Under the pieces are notes generated by a model. It made no database searches, was not told where the DNA came from, and worked only from the letters and a program-made list of their open reading frames with translations. The position numbers and the translations under genes were made by a program. DNA of 64,000 nt from assembly GCA_030390025.1 (NCBI GenBank), contig CM059432.1, forward strand, positions 58,964,001 through 59,028,000, written 5' to 3'. Positions within the stretch are counted from its first letter, which is position 1, and each line of letters begins with the position of its first letter. Positions 1 to 12,222 of this stretch are shown in pieces. Source of the DNA: Squalus acanthias (lineage: Eukaryota).

Positions 1-1455
1 CAGTATCCTCATACGTAATCCTCCTTCTCACATCCCACTTTCCCTCATTCCACAATCTCTTCTGATTTACAAGCTGCACATGGTGTAAGCATGCACCTCT
101 TGCTTTCCCCTCTCCTTCACCACAACCCTGCCCTTGTCCCATTCTCATTTCAGAGACCCAAGAAATCCAACCTGCCCAGCCAGTGGTGCAAGAACAAGAG
201 GGAGAGGAGAGTGATGAAGAAGAGGAAACACCGTCACTCGATCTGACACTCACAGCCACCAGCTCAGATATTGGCACTGCGCGTAGTTTAGAGGGTAACT
301 TAGAGCGGGATCTGCACATGATGAGTCACCGGGCATGAGTGGGCTGCAGCCAGGGAAGGGGGAAAGAGTAGCGGAGGTGTCATCTCTCCAGAGGGCAAGG
401 TCACACACGAGTTCTGCAGCAGAAGACTCAGGTGAGGACTTCGATGGGGCGGCCTACAGAAGAACGCTGATGGGTATGCACAACAAAATGCTTGGTGCAT
501 TGGAAGGCCTGCCAGAAAGCCTGAGTGCAATGTCAAGGAGCATGGAGGAGTCTGGCACCAACCTTGCACAGGGCTTTGCACAGAGCTTGGAGCCCATGTT
601 GCAGATGTCGCTCCAGCCTGGAAGGATCCTGACACAAAGAAATTCAGGGTCATGGTCACCTTTATAGCCATTGGCAGTGCTGTCCTTGCCCTGGTGTGAG
701 GCTGCATGTCTGGTTGCAAGAGGTGGCAGAGTTCTGTGAGCACCTCCTTCGTAAAGCACAGCTGCCTCACACACTGCTCCTGGCTCAGGCTGAGGTGAGA
801 GAATTGCTCTTGGAAGACCCCAGGTCGGTAAGGCCTCCTGCTGAGAGCCCTCCTCCTCCTCCTCCTCCCTCTGCGAGCAGCTTGTCCTCTTCTTCACTGC
901 CTCTGCTCCATCTCCCTGTCATGATGCAGGTCAAGGGGGTTGACAACTAGAGCACCCATGACTGGGAGCAAGTGGTCGGACCAGAGCCCTTGAAGTCAGA
1001 ACCAAGGCCTTCTCCACTTGCAGCACCACTCACTGTCATCTCAACAACTTTAAACAACTCTAGAAAGCTCCAAACACTTCCACAAACTTACACAGCCAGT
1101 AGAAATGAATCAGCAACTAACCTGTAGGTAGGTGATGTTCCCTTTAAATATCGCTGGTGGGCGGGTTCTTGCAGCTGCTGATCACATGTTCAGCTGTGCG
1201 AGGTTAATACAGAGCTTTTAGTTCTAACGTTGAGGATGAAATAGCAGCGTGGCATCAAATCATCGTGTGACGTCACCATCTGCCTACTCTACATCTGGTG
1301 CATGCTCCCAACGCCGAAGTTAACGCCCTCTCCAAGATGACGTCTGGTGCGGGACGCACCAGAACTGTGTGCATGCGGCGCAGACGCCATTTTCATCACA
1401 AAACCGCACCCGTAGTGTCGAAAAATAGGGCGCGATGGAGCCAAATTTCGAGCCC
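1..1455. mobile_element. internally deleted PIF/Harbinger element (right part)
   Basis: + strand Myb-partner exon remnant (SAAEDSGEDFDGAAYRRTLMGMH...EESGTNL, ~154-595) abuts - strand transposase N-terminus (LCFTKEVLTELCHLLQP...KVTMTLNFFVSGSFQ, ~600-960); TIR-like end ccaaatttcgagccc at 1441-1455. Confidence 0.8.
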
Positions 1456-1944
1456 AAAGTCTCTGGGCCTTGATGACTGGCACACGAGGGCATTGAAAGA
1501 AGTCAAAGAGGAGACAGCTGAGGTTCTGGTCATAATTTTTCAATCCTCATTCAATATGCAATTTGTGCCCTGGACTGAAGAGTATCTAATATAACACCTT
1601 TGTTCATAATAGGGGAGCAGGATTAAACCAAGTACCTATTGACCAGTTGGTCTAACTTGCGTGCGGGTAAAGGCCAACAACCTTTTAAATATTATAAAAA
1701 ATGGTGTAGATTAAAAGAGAAAGAAGTCATGTATAATTAGTTAGGCTGCAGATACAATGCTCCATTAGAGAGAGGATATTAAAAACATACAGATTGTGGA
1801 TAGAGTACTCACTAGTACAATGCCAGAGATGGGAAATAGTTATGAGGAAAGACTTGAGATACTGAGACTATATCCATTTGAGTGGAGAAGGCTAAGAGAA
1901 GATTTACTAGAGGGTTTTCAAATTGTGAAGGGTTTGGATAGTAT

Positions 1945-3895
1945 TTACAGCACAGAAACAGGCCATTTGGCCGCACAGGTCCATGCTGGTGTTTATGCTC
2001 CACACGAGCCTCCACCCACCCTTCTTCATCTAACCCCATCAACATATCCTTCTATTCCTTTCTCCCTCATGTGTTGATATCTAGCTTCCCCTTAAATGCA
2101 TCTATGCTAGTCGCCTCAACTACTCCTCATGGTAGCAAGTTCCACATTTTAACCACTTTCTGGGTAAAGAAGTTTCTCCTGAATTCCCTATTGGATTTAT
2201 GAGTGACTATGTTATATTTATGGCCCCTAGTTCTGGTCTCACCTGCAAGTGGAAACGTCTTCTCTATGTCTACCCTATTAAATTCTTTCATAATCTTAAA
2301 GACCTCTATCAGGTCACCCCTCAGTCTTCTCTTTTCTAGAGAAAACAGCCCCAGCCTGTTCAATCTTTTCTGATAGGTACAAACTCTCAATTCTGGTATT
2401 ATGCTAGTAAATCTTTTTGCTCCTTTTCCAGTGTCTCTATATCCTTTTGCTTATCTGGAGACCAGAACTGTTCACAATACTCCAAGTGTGTTCTAACCAA
2501 GGTTCTATACAAGTTTAACATAACTTCTCTGCTTTTCAATTGTATCCCTCTAGAAATGAACTCCAGTGCTTTGTTTGCTTTTTTTTATGGCTTTATTAAC
2601 CCGCGTCGCTACTTTTAGTGATTTATGTATCTGTACCCCAGATTCCTCGGCTCCTCTACCCAATTTAGACAATTATTTTCCAAGGAATATGTGGCCTCCT
2701 TATTCTTCCTACCAAAATGTACAATCTCACACTAATCTATATTGAAGTTCATTTGCAATTACACACCAATTCTGCAAGTTTATTAATGTCTTTCTGTATT
2801 TTGTTTCAGTCCTCCTCTGTATTAACTACACCCCCCAATATGGTGTTATCCGCAAATTTTAAAATTGTACTTCCAATTCCCGAGTCCAAATCGTTTATGT
2901 ACATGGTGAACAACAGTGGTCCCGGCACCGATCCTTGTAGAACACCACTTCCCAACTTTTGCCAGTCTGAGTAAATACCTTTAACCCCTACTCTCTGTTT
3001 TCTGTTTTGTAGCCAGCTTGCTATCCATTCTGCTACTTGTCCCCTGACTCCACATGTTCTGACCTTAATCATGAGCCTACTATGTGGTTCCTTATCGAAG
3101 GCCTTTTGAAAATCCAAATATACTATGTCTACTGCATTACCCTTGTCTGCTCTTTCTGTTACTTCGTCAAAGAATTCAATATGGTTGGTCAAGCATGACC
3201 TTCCCCTTTGAAATCTGTGCTGACTACTCTTCATTATATTTTCAGTTTCTAGATGTTTTTCTATTACATTTTTGAGTAAGGATTCCCTTATCTTTCCTAC
3301 CACCTACGTTAATCTAATTGGTCTATAGTTATCTGGACTTGTTCTATCTCCTTGTTTAAATATAGGAATTAGATTAACTGTCCGCCAGTCCTCTGGCACT
3401 ATTCCCTTTTCTAATGATTTTTATATATATATATATGTGTGTGTAATAGTGCCTCTGCTATCTCTTCCCTAACTCCTTTTAATATGCGCGGATGCAATCC
3501 ATCCGGACCAGGGGTTTTACCCTCTCTAAGTTTGATTAGTTTATCAATTATCTCCCCCTTTCTATCTTAAATGTCTTTATCGTTATTGATCTCTTCTTCT
3601 AATGTCGTGTCGCCATTTTAGTCTCCCTGGTAACTACCGAGGCAACGTAATTATTTAGTATTTCTGCCATTTCGCTGTCATTACTTGTGAGTTTATCATG
3701 TATATCCGTTAGTGACCTTATCCCTATCCTGATTTTTCTTTTGTTATTTCTTTTTATATTCTTTGTTAATTTAATTTTATAGTTTCTCTTTGCCTTCCTA
3801 ATTGTTTTTTTGACTTCTTTTCTAACCTTTTCGTATTCCATTTTGTCATCCTCTCCTTTTTTGTCTATGTACTTGGTGTACGCCTTTTTCTTTAG
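1945..3895 (-). mobile_element. CR1 LINE, 5'-truncated and degenerate
   Basis: RT motifs VYLDFQKAFD, QGSVPGPLLF, KFADNT; C-terminal LFSLEKRRLRGDLIEVFK; CR1 3' UTR near 1945. Older + strand CR1 pieces flank it (~1456-1940, ~3900-4220). Confidence 0.9.
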
Positions 3896-4517
3896 TTTCA
3901 GATAGAATGAATAGGGAAAGATTATTTTCTCTGGTTGGGGATTCAGTGATGAAGAGTCATTGACTGGGACTTTCCTCAGTGCTGCTCCCGCTCTGGTCCC
4001 AAAACTGTACTGAAATTGTGTCAGAAACCCCATTTGCCACAGGGAGTGGTTGAGACAGAGACCATTTTATCCTTTCAGGAAAAATTGGCTAAATATTTGA
4101 AACAGAGGAAAATACAGGGCTATAGGGTGAGAACAGGATAGTAGGATTAGTTTTGGATTGCTCTAGCAAAGAGACATGATAGACCAAACAGCCTCCTTCT
4201 GTGCTGGGAAGTTCTATGCAGCATCCTTTACTAATATATGAAAAGCAGGGTGAGGAAAGACCATCTGGCCCATCAATATTGGCCCTGTCCATTCAATGGT
4301 ACAACCTTGTGCATCATCATGCCCACTTTTTCCATGATTATGATTGAAAAAGTGAATCTCATTTAATTCCCTTCATAATTTAATTTTCACTTTTTTCATT
4401 CAAATTTTGTTTCAATTGTTTCAGTAACTGATTCATAAGGAGGATTGATTTATAATGATCATAACCTAAACCCAACATGAAATAAACCATATTCCCCACA
4501 TTTGTGTTAAATATAAT

Positions 4518-5215
4518 GGCCCGTATTTTCCGATCGCAGGCCTCCCGCGGGCGGAGGCCTGCAATCTGGAAAAATCTGCGCCCTTACCTGAGGGCTCCCG
4601 GGACGCACACGCTTCCGCTCCTGGGCCTCACCAAACTTGAAGTGCGCAGGGCCCACATATCCCAGAGGCGCATGTAGTTCGCAGCGTCCCTGGGATCATG
4701 TGAGCCATGGGGAGCCAATCACAGAAGGAAGACCTGTCAAATATATGAATGGAGATCAATGAAAAAACATAGTAAAACTGTGAATAATTTTTTTTTTTAA
4801 ATCACATTTTTAAAATGACTTGAAATTACAATAAATTAAGTATTTTAAACAAATTTAAATTTTTGAAAAAAATAATTAAAGTTTTTCCAGGGCTAAAAAT
4901 AAACGTAACTTTTTTAAAAGTAATTTTAAAGGATAAATCAGTGAAATTTTTTTTTTTTTTAACTTTTTTCAACTCTTATCCTGGTAAAAGCAGGCCTTAT
5001 GCCTGCTTTTACCAGGCGTAAGAATTGTAAGGGTTTTCTGCGAGCGGAGGGTCTCCAAAAAGCGGAACTATCCGCCCGCAGAGGCCCTTCTCCAGGGCAG
5101 CTGGAGGATCTGTCAAGACCATTCTTGACAGATTGGAAATGCCGGTTTTCAGCGCATGCGCTGTGCATACCTGAAACCGGCATTTCCGATGTCCCTACGG
5201 GTGGGTACACAGCGT
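4518..5215 (+). mobile_element. Harbinger-type MITE, right TIR lost
   Basis: Starts with ggcccgtattttccgatc and is collinear with the intact copy at 44479-45211. Confidence 0.8.
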
Positions 5216-5927
5216 TCTAGTTTGATGCAGTGAAAATATTGTCCATGCAGAGTAAAAGAAAATGGTGCCATGGTGAACCCGCCTTGTGCATCTTTCTGTG
5301 AATGGAAAGGGAGGGATCATCAAAGATGCCCAAATGAAAAGAAAATGAGGGCATACATTTTTGTCCTTTTGAAGAGCAAGCAAAGCAGCCACTTCGAGAA
5401 AGTGACAATTGATGGAAGTTCTCTACAATTTCAATTCAGAACCACTCAAGTAGGTGTGGATTTCTCCTGAGGCTTTTAGTGAAGTCATTAAATTCCCTGC
5501 CTGAATGGCTAACTGTACAGACTCTTTTGAATTTGGAACATTTTAAAGGAAAAGGAGCATTTTATTGTCTAATCAGTCTGAATAGCTGACAGCTCCAGCA
5601 CATTAGTATGATTAGTAAGGTCATTTAAAACAAAAGAGTTCCAGTCATTTCCACTGGTATTTCAGTTACAAGTCCAGGGAGGATGTGTTTTACAGGCACA
5701 GAACAGGTTGAAAATGCATCAATTTCTGCTGCTGCTGTCTCCTATGCCCCAAGGGTGCCTGAAATACAAACGACCCTGAATTGAAGTTCAATGGCAAGGA
5801 AAATTGAGCAGGATGTATAATGAGCGGCTAGTCGAATCCTGCCCGTTTAATGACCCTGCTGAGGTTGAATTTTACCCCCATTACATACCTTACTGAGACT
5901 GAAAAATACAGACTTCACAGATATAAT

Positions 5928-6019
5928 GGCCTAGAAATTTGGCCACATAGAGCACGTTTTTCAGGGGTGCCTCGAGTCTCACCATTCAGGCGCAGGAATA
6001 GTTTCTGAATTTCTAGGCC
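5928..6019. mobile_element. 92-bp mini-MITE
   Basis: TIR ggcctagaaatt ... aatttctaggcc with aat/aat TSD. Confidence 0.7.
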
Positions 6020-6774
6020 AATGTTATAGGAATATAGAAACAGGAGTAGGCCATTTCGAGCCTGTTCTGCCATTCAATGAGATCATGGCTGATCTGTGAC
6101 CTAACTCCATATACCTGCCTTTGCCTCATAATGTTTGTAATATTCTTCACCTACTACTTTACAAACTTGCTTAAGATGAAAGTAAGTTTGTTCTATCCCT
6201 TCCCCCAGACCTCTTATTCACAATTCTGAACAATTTTTTACTCTACCTCCCACAGTGAATTTGTAGTTCATGCTGAAGTTGTTGTTGGTGTAGCACTGCC
6301 ATGGATTTTCCTCCCAAGCACACTACGTGGGTTGAAATGTCTGCTGATTTGTTCTGAAGGTTCTAAGAATTTGGGCCCTCCACCCATGCTGCTACTTACT
6401 TTTAAGTGTCTGCATCCCTTTAATGTTCAATAGAATTACTTTTTTTTTCTCCCAACCCCCCCTGCCCCATTAGGCTATTTCCCTGTACAAGGCTAAAATT
6501 GCACATGGAGTCATGGATAAGGAGCTGACCACAGAACATTGTGTGCAAACATCGCACTCGAGTCAACTCTGTACTTGTTTCGATTCATTCTCTACCTGGA
6601 CAGGAAAACTTGCCTTTGTCTTCCTGTATTTTAGAGACCACACTGTCAAATATTATTTGAAAAAAACAACTGGATAAAAAATAAAAGTGAAACTGAGTGT
6701 TTTGGTTTCACAATATTGTCAGAATTAAAGGTACTTTCCTGTCACAACACGGCCTTTTGGACCTGAAGCTTCCC

Positions 6775-8690
6775 TCCTGGCTCAGTGGGTAATTGCACTG
6801 CCTGCTGTGATACAGGGCCACACAGATCAGGATGCTGACCTTGGTCTGGGTGCCAGTAGAGCCACTACAGTTGGCTTCAACCCTGGGATAGGGAGCAGGG
6901 GAAATCAGCCAGGAATCCACCACTGATCATTATGCAGTGATTGTGCAGTGACAGTGCCACTAAGGGGCACAATGGACATGATCTTCACCGCGTGTCAACT
7001 ACAAGAGAAATGCAGGGAACAGCACCAACCGCTGTACATGGCCTTCTTTGACCTCACAAAGGCCTTCGACACCGTCAGCCGTGAGGGATTATGGAGTGTC
7101 CTCCTCAAATTCGGCTGCCCTCAAAAGTTTGTCACCATCCTCCGCCTGCTTCACGACGACATGCAAGCCGTGATCCTGACCAACGGATCCACCACAGACC
7201 CAATTCACGTACGGACCGGGGTCAAGCAAGGCTGTGTCATCGCACCAATACTCTTCTCGATCTTCCTGGCTGCAATGTTCCATCTCACCCTCAGTAAGCT
7301 CCCCGCTGGAGTGGAGCTAATCTACAGAACAAACGGGAAACTGTTCAACCTCCGTCGCCTCCAGTCCAGATCTAAGGTCGTCCCATCCTCTGTCATCGAA
7401 TTACAGTGTGCAGACGACGCTTGTGTCTACGCACACTCTGAGGTCGAACTCCAAACCATCGTCAACACCTTCACCGACGCGTATGAGAACATGGGCCTTA
7501 CACTAAACATCCGTAAGACAAAGGTCCTCTACCAACCTGCCCCCACCACACAGTACTGCTCCCCGATTATCAAAATCCATGACAAGGCCTTGGACAACGT
7601 GGACCACTTTCCATACCTCGGGAGCCTACTGTCAACAAGGGCAGACGTCGATGACGAAGTCCAACACCGCCTTCAGTGTGCCAGTGCAGCCTTCGGTCGC
7701 CTGAGGAAGAGAGTGTTTGAAGACCAGGACCTCAAACCCGGCACCAAGCTCATGGTCTACAGAGCAGCAGTGATACCTGCACTCCTGTATGGTTCAGAGA
7801 CATGGACCATGTACAGCAGGCACCTCAAAGCACTGGAGAGGTACCACCAACGCTGCCTCCGCAAGATCCTGCAAATCCATTGGCAGGATAGGCGCACCAA
7901 CGTCAGTGTTCTTGCTCAGGCCAACATCCCCAGCATCGAAGCTTTGACCACGCTCGATCAGCTCCGATGGACGGGCCACATCGTCCTCATGCCCGATACG
8001 AGACACCCAAAACAAGCGCTCTACTCGGAGCTCCGACACGGCAAGAGAGCCCCAGGTGGGCAGAGGAAACGCTTCAAGGACACCCTCAAAGCCTCCTTGA
8101 AAAAGTGCAACATCCCCACCAACACCTGGGAATCCCTGGCCCAAGACCGCACAAAGTGGAGGAGTCGCATCCGGGAAGGCGCCGAACACCTCGAGTCTCT
8201 TCGCCGGGAGCAAGCGGAAGCCAAGCGCAAACAGCGGAAGGAGCGCACGTCAACACAAGCACCCCACCCACCCGTCCCTTCAACCACAGTCTGCCCCACC
8301 TGTGACAGAGACTGTAGGTCCCGCATTGGACTCATCAGTCACCTGAGAACTCATTTTTAGTGTGGAAGCAAGTCATCCTCGGTTCCGAGGGACTGCCTAA
8401 GAAGAAGATAATATTCGCTGAAAAGTGCATGGGGGTCATTTTGACTTTGGGTGATAGGGCAATGTCGGATCAGCCGCCCGTTATACAGCTTTATGATTTT
8501 CATTTCTATTGAAGTCAATTATCCCCCTGTGTCTGGATATCGGCTAACAACAGGATTAGGTGTGGCTGTGATGCCCCGAATAGCCCACCAACACTATCAC
8601 ATAAAATGGTTATTTGGATGAGATACAGCATGATTGCCCACATCTTTGGAGTCATACCCTAATATAAGTCAGTGCCATCAGCAGTGGAGA
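6775..8690 (+). repeat. tRNA-like SINE family copy split by the RTE insertion (about 6775-6945 and 8410-8690)
   Basis: tggctcagtggg A-box-like head; body similar to copies at ~19826-20100, ~28490-28772 and ~56130-56330. Confidence 0.55.
6948..8407 (+). mobile_element. RTE-clade (BovB-like) LINE, 5'-truncated, with open 470-aa ORF
   Basis: FFDLTKAFDTV, GVKQGCVIAP, CADD in place of YADD, C-terminal CPTC..H..H zinc finger, short 3' UTR ending in (AAG)n. Confidence 0.92.
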
Positions 8691-9615
8691 AGACTTATGT
8701 TGGGGTATGACTTGGAAAACAAATGCCACAAAACAATCAGGAAATTCTACTCCTGATTCAGGCCAGCTGGGACATCGTTTCCAGAACATTCCCACAATTA
8801 GCACAGATCAACACTTACCATAGGTGAGAATTTGAGTGAAACATCTGCTATCACTTGGAATCTCGCCAGGATTTAATCAGCATTTAGTTTCATTTGCTGC
8901 CTGGTAATATTTTTAATGCTAGAAATAGCAGCTGCAATGCGTTACAAAAAGCAATAATCCTTCAGAGAGCAGGTGCTTCAGTCGACCCATTATCACAGCT
9001 CCAATGTAACAATGTACCTCATTCAAAACACAAGGCATAGAGGCCAGATTTTGTCCTACTTTAAAGTTACATGATCACACAGTTGTATTTGTTTAATTTT
9101 AGACCAACTGCCATACCTTAACTTGAAAAATAATAATTAGCCTCCAGTTATATTGAGATGCTAAGATGCAGTACCATATTATAGAAATACAGGGGTGGGA
9201 AATCGGAGAAATGGGAACAGAGGAGGAGGAAGAAGTGATAATTAAAGCTCAGGGCTAAAAATTGGGGGGTGAAATTCAGTATCGACCATTTTGGGGCCTT
9301 AACATCGCCCGGGCACAAACTTGAGCACCTGGCCCTAATTAGCGCCGGCGACCGTGAAATTGAGTTTTAGCGCCCCAAGAGGGAAGTGGAGCGATAAGTC
9401 AAACGCTACACATTTCTCTTAGGGCGCTAACGTCGGGGAGCGGGACGCTACCGCAGAGCGCTACTCAAGTTCGGGCGCTGTCAATTACAAGTACTCCGAC
9501 AGACTGGCGCCAGTTCTTAAAGGGGAGGCTCAATCATGCTGCATAGCCTCACTCTGATCATTGCTGCTTGTGACCTGGGCCTGCAAGAAGGTGCAATCCA
9601 TCAACCACAAATCTC

Positions 9616-11531
9616 ATGGCTGATCAGAGGCCCAGGGAGAGAGCTCGCCGATTCAGCGACCAGGCATTGGAGGCTCTGGTTGCGGCTGTGGAAGGCCGAC
9701 GGGCAATGCTGTTCCCAGACACTGGCAGGAGGCCATTGCCGCAGGACTTCAGGAGGATGTAGAGGGAGCTGGCCCAGTACGTCTCGGCCAGAAGCATGGT
9801 CCAAGGACTCACACCCAGTGCCACAAGAAGTTCAACGACCTCACTCGGGTGGTCAGGGTGAGTACATGTTTCAAAAACCTCGACATCCCACCATCTCAAC
9901 CTCACTCTGTGCTCAGACGGTATAAGCCACCAAATCTGCAACACTCACCCACCAACTATGCCCATCTACTAAAAGTCACATCCACATCTCACGCCTTGCA
10001 TACATTAACAGCTATTCAACTATGGTAGGCACATCTACGAAACACATGGCTGCACACTCACTCACACGCAGTCCTTTTTCTTGCAGGCCAAGCTTGCTCA
10101 TAACAGGAGGAAGTAGCAACGCACGGGAGGAGGTCAGGCGGCACTGCACCCCTTTACACAGCTGGAGGAACGAGTGGACAGCACCATTGCGGCCCATGTC
10201 GTGGGAGCTGTGGCAGTTGGAAAGGTTGACCCCCCTTGGGGACAGCAACGGTATGTTCATCACCTCTCCCTCTTCTCTCATACCACTTCCCCCTCACACC
10301 ACAAGCCCTTCCCACTTTCCATCTAAGTATACTGTCTCCATTCCTTGCTCCCTTCCTGCCCCCCTCTCCTGACGTTAAACCCACTTTATGCTTTCAGATA
10401 ATTAGCCACCATCTGACCAACCTGTCCCTCAGCCTCCCAGTGGCAGCGACGCGGGAGAGGAGGAGGAACACCAAGCTGGAGCCTCACTGCCTGTGCCTCC
10501 CGAGGGTGAGACATCCAATAATGGGACCACGTGGTCGCTGGAGGGGAGCAGAGGAAATGGCTCTGATGTGGGTGAAGCTCCGGGACCCAGCAAGCTGCAG
10601 CAACGCCATGGGGAAAGGGAAGCTCAGGGGTCATCTCCCCAGAGGGTGAGTGCGCGCACAAGTTCTGCTGCACAGGACTCAGATGAGGACCTCGATGTCG
10701 AGGTGATGACCACACAGGTGATGAGCATGCATACTGAGCTCATGGGTGCAATGGCAAGGGTGCCCGAGAGCATGGATGCACTGGCTAGGAACATGGAGGA
10801 GTCCGCCTCCAGCATTGCTCTCATCTCTGCACAAACCTTCGAGCCCATCCTTGGCACTTTGCAGAGGATGGTCGACTCGCAGAGAGACCGTGGGAACCCA
10901 GAGACCGTGGGGACCCAGACCCCGTGCTGTGTGTCATGGGTGAGGTGGCAGCAGCTATTGCAGCACAGGCCGAGGCAACGCAATGGCTTAGTGCTGTAAT
11001 GGAGTCAGTGGTTGGTGGTATCCAATCTCAGACTAGCCTCATGCAGTCTCAGATTGATGCCACACAAGCGCTGACTGCTGCCATCGTCGCTGGGTCGCCC
11101 ACTGTCCACCGGGGTTCTCACGGTGCCACAGCAGGCCAGCAATCTGTGCTCGAGCAGATTGCTCCGGATGCTGAGGTTCTGCCCCGGGGGAGTGGCAGTG
11201 TGTCGGTCGAGCCAGGAAGGTGCTGTTCTCTTAGGATGACAGCATTCCTGCTCCCACCACTGCCACTCCGCCATTGCACTTGCTGCAGCCTGTAACCCAG
11301 CCATCCCAGACTGCTGCCGCCCATACTGAGGTGGTGCAGTCTGCAGCCTGGCCTTCCAGACCCAGAGCTGGTCGAGGGCGTCCTGCAAGGCCATCTGCAG
11401 TCTCTGGCTCCCAGACTCAGCAGCCTTCCACCAGCCTTGCTGCAGCCACTGGGGCCACATTACAGAGGAGCAGTAGGGTTGGGAGGGTGGAATTGCAAAG
11501 GGGAGGGAAATCATTGAGGAAGGCCCAGTAA
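9616..11531 (+). pseudogene. Harbinger Myb/SANT-like (trihelix, MSANTD-type) partner gene, 3 exons (9616-9857, 10087-10250, 10398-11531)
   Basis: MADQRPRERARRFSDQALEALVAAVEGRRAMLFP...QCHKKFNDL in exon 1; AKLAHNRR..RTGGG in exon 2; GT-AG introns; in-frame TAGs and frameshifts; AATAAA after the stop. Confidence 0.85.
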
Positions 11532-11589
11532 ATAAAATGTTAATAGCAAATGGGGGGAGTGTGTGTACAAAAGTTGATGTGTTTTTTTA

Positions 11590-11970
11590 AATTTGTTTTT
11601 ATGGGATGTGGGCGTCGCTGGCAAGGTCAGCATTTGTTGCTCATCCCTAGTTGCCCTTGAGAAGGTGGTGGTGAGCCGTCTTCTTGAACCGCTGCAGTCC
11701 GTGTGGTGAAGGTACTCCCACAGTGCTGTAGGGAGAGAGTTCCAGGATTTTGACCCAGCGACGATGAAGGATCGGCGATATACTTCTAAGTCAGGATGGT
11801 GTGTGACTTGGAGGGGAACTTGGAGCTGGTGGTGTTCTCAAGCGTCTGTTGCCCTTGTCCTTCTAGGTGGAAGAGGTTGCGGGTTTGGGAGGTGCTGCCG
11901 AAGAAGCCTTGGCGAGTTGCTGCAGTGCATCTTGTAGATGGTACACACTGCAGCCACGGTACGTCGGTGG
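11590..11970 (-). mobile_element. CR1/L2-group LINE 3' fragment inserted inside the Harbinger element
   Basis: Same 3' end as the copies at 38490-40380 and 46880-48820 (gggatgtgggcgtcgctggcaagg...). Confidence 0.8.
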
Positions 11971-12222
11971 TTTGTCAATATATTGTTCAGTTTGGTAAGA
12001 AATAGTTCCATTTGCTAAGAACCAGTTGTGTTTGTTCATAAATTGTTGTGTTTGTTTATTATTGGTTGTGTTTGATAAGAGAGAGTTGTGCAGAATAATA
12101 AATGTTTATTTCGACGTAGCAAATTTTGTGATGTTTCTCATTTGAGCTTTGCCCGGTGATAGGGGCTGCGAGCTGGCTGTAATGATGTGGTTGTTCTGTG
12201 CAAATGCTATCTGCTATCTCAT

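Noticed and set aside
7089..8335. Overlapping alternative-frame and antisense ORFs in the RTE element
   Set aside because: Expected by-products of a GC-rich open coding frame
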